A stretch of 63,959 bases of DNA, the filler included, from Bigelowiella natans CCMP2755 (Eukaryota; Protista; Cercozoa), in the NCBI GenBank assembly GCA_000320545.1. It is 13 parts of 13 records of this genome, joined end to end, with 100 filler letters (N's around TTAATTAATTAA, not from the genome) between each part and the next. Parts side by side here need not be neighbours in the genome. Positions count along the whole stretch, not along the records: positions 50,318 to 59,772 come from ADNK01002871.1; positions 59,873 to 61,143 come from ADNK01003723.1; positions 61,244 to 62,543 come from ADNK01000962.1; positions 62,644 to 63,959 come from ADNK01001660.1; 9 more parts are not named here. One strand, 5' to 3'. Position 1 is the stretch's first letter, and each line of letters begins with the position of its first letter. The notes below the pieces were generated by a model that had not been told where the DNA came from, made no database searches, and was given only the letters and a program-made list of their open reading frames with translations. Below, in pieces: positions 58,857 through 63,959 of the stretch. Position numbers and translations under genes: made by a program.

Positions 58857-59952
58857 CATGATCTCAGGATAGCCGAACGAGGAGCGAGGGGAAATCAATG
58901 CAAAACATTGAGAGCTGTCCCTCTCTCTCTCTCTCTCTCTCTCCCTCTCTCTCTCAATCACTCTCTAACCCATTGACTCTTGCGTTTGCTCTCAATCAAT
59001 CGCACTTTCATTTTACTCCACAATTGGATCATTGAAATTTGAATTTAGCATTTAGTTTTGTGTTGATGCTGTTGTGAATCACACATCTAGTAGCGATGCT
59101 AGAATGCCAAAGAAAACATTGGCATCTAGTCGCTTCTCCACCACAGATGTCGTGCGCCCGCAAATCATGCGGCAATTCCGCCTTCCTAACTACGCCACTT
59201 GTTCATCTGGCGTGTCAATCATTCAATTGGCACTGAAAATTGAGCTGTGCTGGTGCATGCCACGCATGCTGCTAGCCTAGTGTGATGCGCCATGCCTTGG
59301 TGTGTGCCTGCTGTGCATGCACTGACAAGATGACAGCAAGCTAACAAGCGGCATGCGTTCATTGACATCAAGTGTGTGGGCAGTGAGAGCTGTGAGATCG
59401 TAGATCATTCGTCCGTCAATGAGGTGTGCATGGATGCACTTCGTCAATTGTTTGTTTGCAACAAACCGTGACGCACAGCACGTGAAAACATGAACTTGAC
59501 CATCGTGCATGCACGTGATGCGTCCTCTGTGCGCGCACACAATCACCATGCAACTGATGCGTTCTTTGCGCGATTCACTTGCGTTGTTGCGCAGCACAGG
59601 TGGAAGTGATGACGGAGTTCAATTTGCTGGCTCGCCAGCATGCCGGACTGGCATGCATGCCAAGAAAGTGCCCACTGAACGATTTTGCGCGTGAGCTGCG
59701 TTGTTTGGTGAAAAGAAATTGCACAATTCGAAATTCCCGCAAAGTGATGGGTTGTTTCAATTGTCCATCTGGNNNNNNNNNNNNNNNNNNNNNNNNNNNN
59801 NNNNNNNNNNNNNNNNTTAATTAATTAANNNNNNNNNNNNNNNNNNNNNNNNNNNNNNNNNNNNNNNNNNNNTCTCTCCTCCCTCCCCCCCCCCCCTTCT
59901 ATCTCCCTCTCGTTCCCGTGTGTTGCTCCTCAATCGCCTTGTTCTCTTTCTA

Positions 59953-60442
59953 GGCCTCTTCGGATCGTCGCCGGCGAAATTGCAGTCGTCATTCGGAGCC
60001 CCCCCCTCCTCGTTCTCAGCGTTTGGGAGCACGCCAGGGGCGACAAGCAACCTATTCGGTAGCCAGCAGCATCTTCCACACCAGCAGCAGCAGCAGTCTT
60101 TTGCCGGCGGCGGCCTTGGCGTGCAACCTCCGACCACAGACTCTGTGCATACGGTGCACCCCCTCCTCTCGAAGCCGATGATGGGGGGGGAGGCGATGGC
60201 CAGTTATCCTGAGAAATTAGCTACAGTGCTCAGCCGCTTTTCTGGCCACGACGAGGCAGAGAGGCTAGAGCTGCTAGATGCTCCTAACATCGGTGCCCTG
60301 CGGAGATTCCTACCGATGTACTTTGGAGCGCGTGGCGAGGCGTTGGGGAGCCCCGCACAGATCTACAATGCAAAAAAACAGCTAAACAGGCTTATTGCGG
60401 TAGTAGTAGCGGTAGTAGTAGTAACAGTACGTTGTCGTCGTC

Positions 60443-60475
<33 letters not shown>

Positions 60476-60555
60476 ATGTTGTTGCTGCAGCATTAGTTGT
60501 AGTAACAGATCTAGCATGGTGTATTTGCCTTCGCAGCCTCCCTTTCCCAGTCTAC

Positions 60556-60589
<34 letters not shown>

Positions 60590-60930
60590 CTACTGCTGCT
60601 GCTGCTGTGTTCTTGCTGCTCGGTGATTCAGGAACTCGACAACGACAACGCCCACACGCGCGCCAGCCGGCGCGCTCTATTCTCCCCTCCCTCCAGCCCC
60701 TCCCGAAGAGCCAGCAGCAGCAGGCAGCAGGATGGGGGCTTCGACTTCGAGGCATGGGGGAGGGAGGAGGGAGAGGCGTCTTTGAACAAGACGGCGTATC
60801 AGCAGTTGTGCCAGAGAGTTTGGAATGCGAATAGGAGGCTCGGCCACGCCTACGCATCGGGGGCAGATCATGAGATTGAAAGGATATTCCAAGAGGCTTC
60901 GTCGCCTTCCTCCAACCTGGGCCGCGGTGG
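59953..60930 (+). CDS. internal exons of an unknown protein with a short FG/LFG-rich segment
   Basis: GLFGSS, SFGAP, AFGST and NLFGS, followed by a globular-looking stretch. A second exon starts near 60632. A nucleoporin link is only suggestive. Confidence 0.4.
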
Positions 60931-61062
60931 GGAGATATACATATAACGGGAGAAGGGAAGGAGGGGGGTGGCGGAAAGAATTGGGGGCATTGTTCAATCA
61001 GATTGAAAAGGGCGGTAGTTGTGACGGCGGATGAGCAACCACTACTAGAGAGAGAGATGATA

Positions 61063-61095
<33 letters not shown>

Positions 61096-61243
61096 TAGGA
61101 GAAATACGAATATCTGTGAGCAATGAAGTGGGAAAGGGGGGGTNNNNNNNNNNNNNNNNNNNNNNNNNNNNNNNNNNNNNNNNNNNNTTAATTAATTAAN
61201 NNNNNNNNNNNNNNNNNNNNNNNNNNNNNNNNNNNNNNNNNNN

Positions 61244-61287
<44 letters not shown>

Positions 61288-61418
61288 ATACATTCTCTCA
61301 CTGATTGTAATATCGTGTGTACCCGAACTTTAGAAAAACATGCAATATATGAAAGTATGAATACATTACGCACACACACACTTCTGTGATATAATACACA
61401 CACACACACACACACAAA

Positions 61419-61547
61419 GGTGCATGGACCCTGATGTTGAGGTCAATTTCGGCTATTCATGCGGGTTTGGCGTCGGGATATACACCGGGTACAGCCGTGC
61501 TGTCGTTCGAAACTTCAAGTTTTTCATCCAGGAGCTAAGGAAAGAGG
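61419..61547 (+). CDS. isolated exon of an unknown protein
   Basis: AG..GT-bounded block CMDPDVEVNFGYSCGFGVGIYTGYSRAVVRNFKFFIQELRKE. Confidence 0.35.
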
Positions 61548-61803
61548 TGGGGGTGGCTGACCAGTTGCCGCCAGTGTTTTTGTTTTTGTTATTATTGTCG
61601 GCGTTGTTTTTGCGGCTGCTGTCTCTGCTCGAATCGCTCGCATATATGCACACACCACACCATACCACACGTGGAAGCTATCTCGTAGAGCTTTGCTAGT
61701 CAATGTCTTGGTGCTTGCCGAGCACTTTCATGCGTTGCTGGCGGCGGTGATAGTAGCAGCAGTGTGATGATGACGACGAAGACGATGATGATGATATGAT
61801 GAC

Positions 61804-61835
<32 letters not shown>

Positions 61836-62104
61836 CGACGACGATGCAGATAACCACACGTTATTCCGAAAAAGCCAACTTGCAACGTTGAAGTCCTTAC
61901 GTCTTTTGTTTGCTCCGTTGCTCACAGACTGAAGCCCAATGGTTCGTCGGCGATATAGAAGACAGAAGGTTAATCTCACAAGCCATAAATAATGTTGTAG
62001 TTGTTGTTGGTGTTGTGAGGGCTGGGAATACGTGAATGAACTCATTTTACAAACACGGCCGACACACGCACACCGATGTGCCAATGCCAAGCAGCGGGCA
62101 GTTC

Positions 62105-62150
<46 letters not shown>

Positions 62151-62929
62151 ATATAATAGTCGATTGGGTCATAATGGTTTGCATGCTCCTACGGGTATGT
62201 GCTGATGATACTACGTGATTCGCATCTCAGGATCGGACAAGTTTTAATGCGTTTTGACATTAACATTGTGAGAGCTGTCCGCAGAAACGGCACCACGTAA
62301 TACGAACCCCATGTCGTCGTCATAGCCCTCCTCCTGTTACACGGGGAAGACAGCATCGTGAACATGCGTATACACTGATACTGATGTGTAGCTACCCCCC
62401 CCCCTAAAAAAATGTGTGTCTTGTTGTGCCAAAGGTCCTGCCAAGGATCTAACTGGCTCTGAGAGAGACATCTGCGACTATCGCGTTTGCGCTTTTGGCT
62501 GCAAAGATGAAAATGGTTACTGGGCGAGAAGAGCGGGGGGGAANNNNNNNNNNNNNNNNNNNNNNNNNNNNNNNNNNNNNNNNNNNNTTAATTAATTAAN
62601 NNNNNNNNNNNNNNNNNNNNNNNNNNNNNNNNNNNNNNNNNNNCACTAACAGCACTCTCTTCGCGAGGCACTTGGCCATCCACTCACACTTCAACTTGAT
62701 ATTTGTTTCATACATACATTTTTCACATTCAAACGCGTCTCGGCTAACGTGCCCCCCCCCCCCCCCCCCCATCCGTTTCTCTCGTTAAATGAAAAGGGAG
62801 GCAGCGAGTCTACTAACTGGAGCGTGGGTAGGAATTCCTTCCAGCCGCGCGCGTATTGCCGCTCGCCACTGAGCTACTCTTTTTTACTCTCTCGCCACAC
62901 ACCGTATTAATGCTTCATTGACTACACAG

Positions 62930-63108
62930 GACTTATCTTCCTGCTGCTTTTCATCTTCCTCGACGGATTTACGAATGTCTGGTAATAGAGGGAGGGGGGG
63001 AGGGGGTGCTTCTACGTGCGCGTGCTTATGTGTGTATGGAAGGGAAGGTAGGAGGTGGTGAGGGGGTGGGGGCTAATAAGCACAGTCGTGATTCTCTTTT
63101 TATGATCG

Positions 63109-63139
<31 letters not shown>

Positions 63140-63580
63140 GGTTTATGTGCACAGGCAAGGTCATCTTTCACGAAAGTACAAGGTAGTATCATAATAACAC
63201 GCCGATACGACTTTCAACCGTCGCAGAATGAGTCGTGGATATTGATGACGATGATGATGATAACGACCTAGTTACACTTTGTCCATACAGACATCTCAGT
63301 GGCAAATGATGCTGGGAGTGAACACGTTTTCCATGCTCCTTACGCTGCTGATTCAGGTGGGGGGGGTGGGGTTGGATTGCTTGCTTCATTTGCTGCGTAG
63401 ATATGCGCGCGCGCGCGTTTGCGAAGTCCAACGCGCACTTTTTTTCATTACTTTTTTGATCCCATTCTCGCCCCACTCGTGATGGCAGGGAACGGACAAC
63501 ACGCTTGTGAGTACCATCGTGCGGCTCGTAATGGAACCCGCCTTGATGTTTGACGTGACGGTCTTCTGCGCCTCGGCGGG
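62930..63580 (+). CDS. UAA-family nucleotide-sugar/PAPS transporter (SLC35B-like), internal exons
   Basis: LIFLLLFIFLDGFTNVW|QGHLSRKYK|TSQWQMMLGVNTFS matches the D.FT..WQ..L...QMM.GVN.FS signature. Confidence 0.82.
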
Positions 63581-63689
63581 TGGGTTTTGTACGATGGCGC
63601 AGCGTTGCGAATACGTTTGTGTGTGCTTTGATAGGGCCGAGTGTTTGTGTTTGTGTGTGTGTGCGTGCGTGTGCGTGTGTGCGTAGATA

Positions 63690-63736
<47 letters not shown>

Positions 63737-63959
63737 GTGTGTGTGTGTGTGTGCGCGCACACACACACACACACACTACTACATGTACACATACACTGCA
63801 CTGACATACTTCAGAACGTTCCTCCCTGCGTTCGTTCATGGCGTCCTGGAGGTCTCGCTGCGTTGATGCCGAGCGCCGCTTCGCTGATCAGCTGTCAACA
63901 ATCAATCGCACTGATTTTTCTTGCTGTAAGAACTCAACGTCTTGTAGTACGCACATCAT

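Overview
Eukaryotic nuclear DNA, intron-rich and microsatellite-laden, made of 13 segments joined by 12 artificial 100-bp N(44)-TTAATTAATTAA-N(44) linkers. A SufA-type protein with a signal peptide plus transit-like leader suggests an alga with a secondary plastid. A chlorarachniophyte-like protist is my guess, by inference only. Most ORF-track entries are microsatellite or shadow ORFs; I rebuilt the real genes by reading exons by hand. Recognisable genes: stand-alone TrpG-type glutamine amidotransferase, SufA/IscA, FtsH, EEF1AKMT1-like methyltransferase, a 7TM protein, a cyclin, an MFS transporter, a strongly divergent eEF2 paralogue, a RING-H2 ligase, a papain protease, a PGDH-like dehydrogenase, an ADP-ribosylglycohydrolase, isopentenyl phosphate kinase, pyruvate formate-lyase activating enzyme, a UAA-family transporter and two intronless secreted Cys-rich proteins. 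Strongest unexplained signals: (1) the regions 3' of genes lack TpA except in CTA/TAG, especially CTAG, and are rich in TG/CA, the reverse of fungal RIP, which points to a localized mutation, modification or terminator system; (2) gene strand alternates strictly within contigs; (3) the eEF2 paralogue has a rebuilt diphthamide loop; (4) a secreted protein carries three copies of an unrecognised 60-aa Cys module. All counts and exon boundaries are manual and may be off by a few bases.
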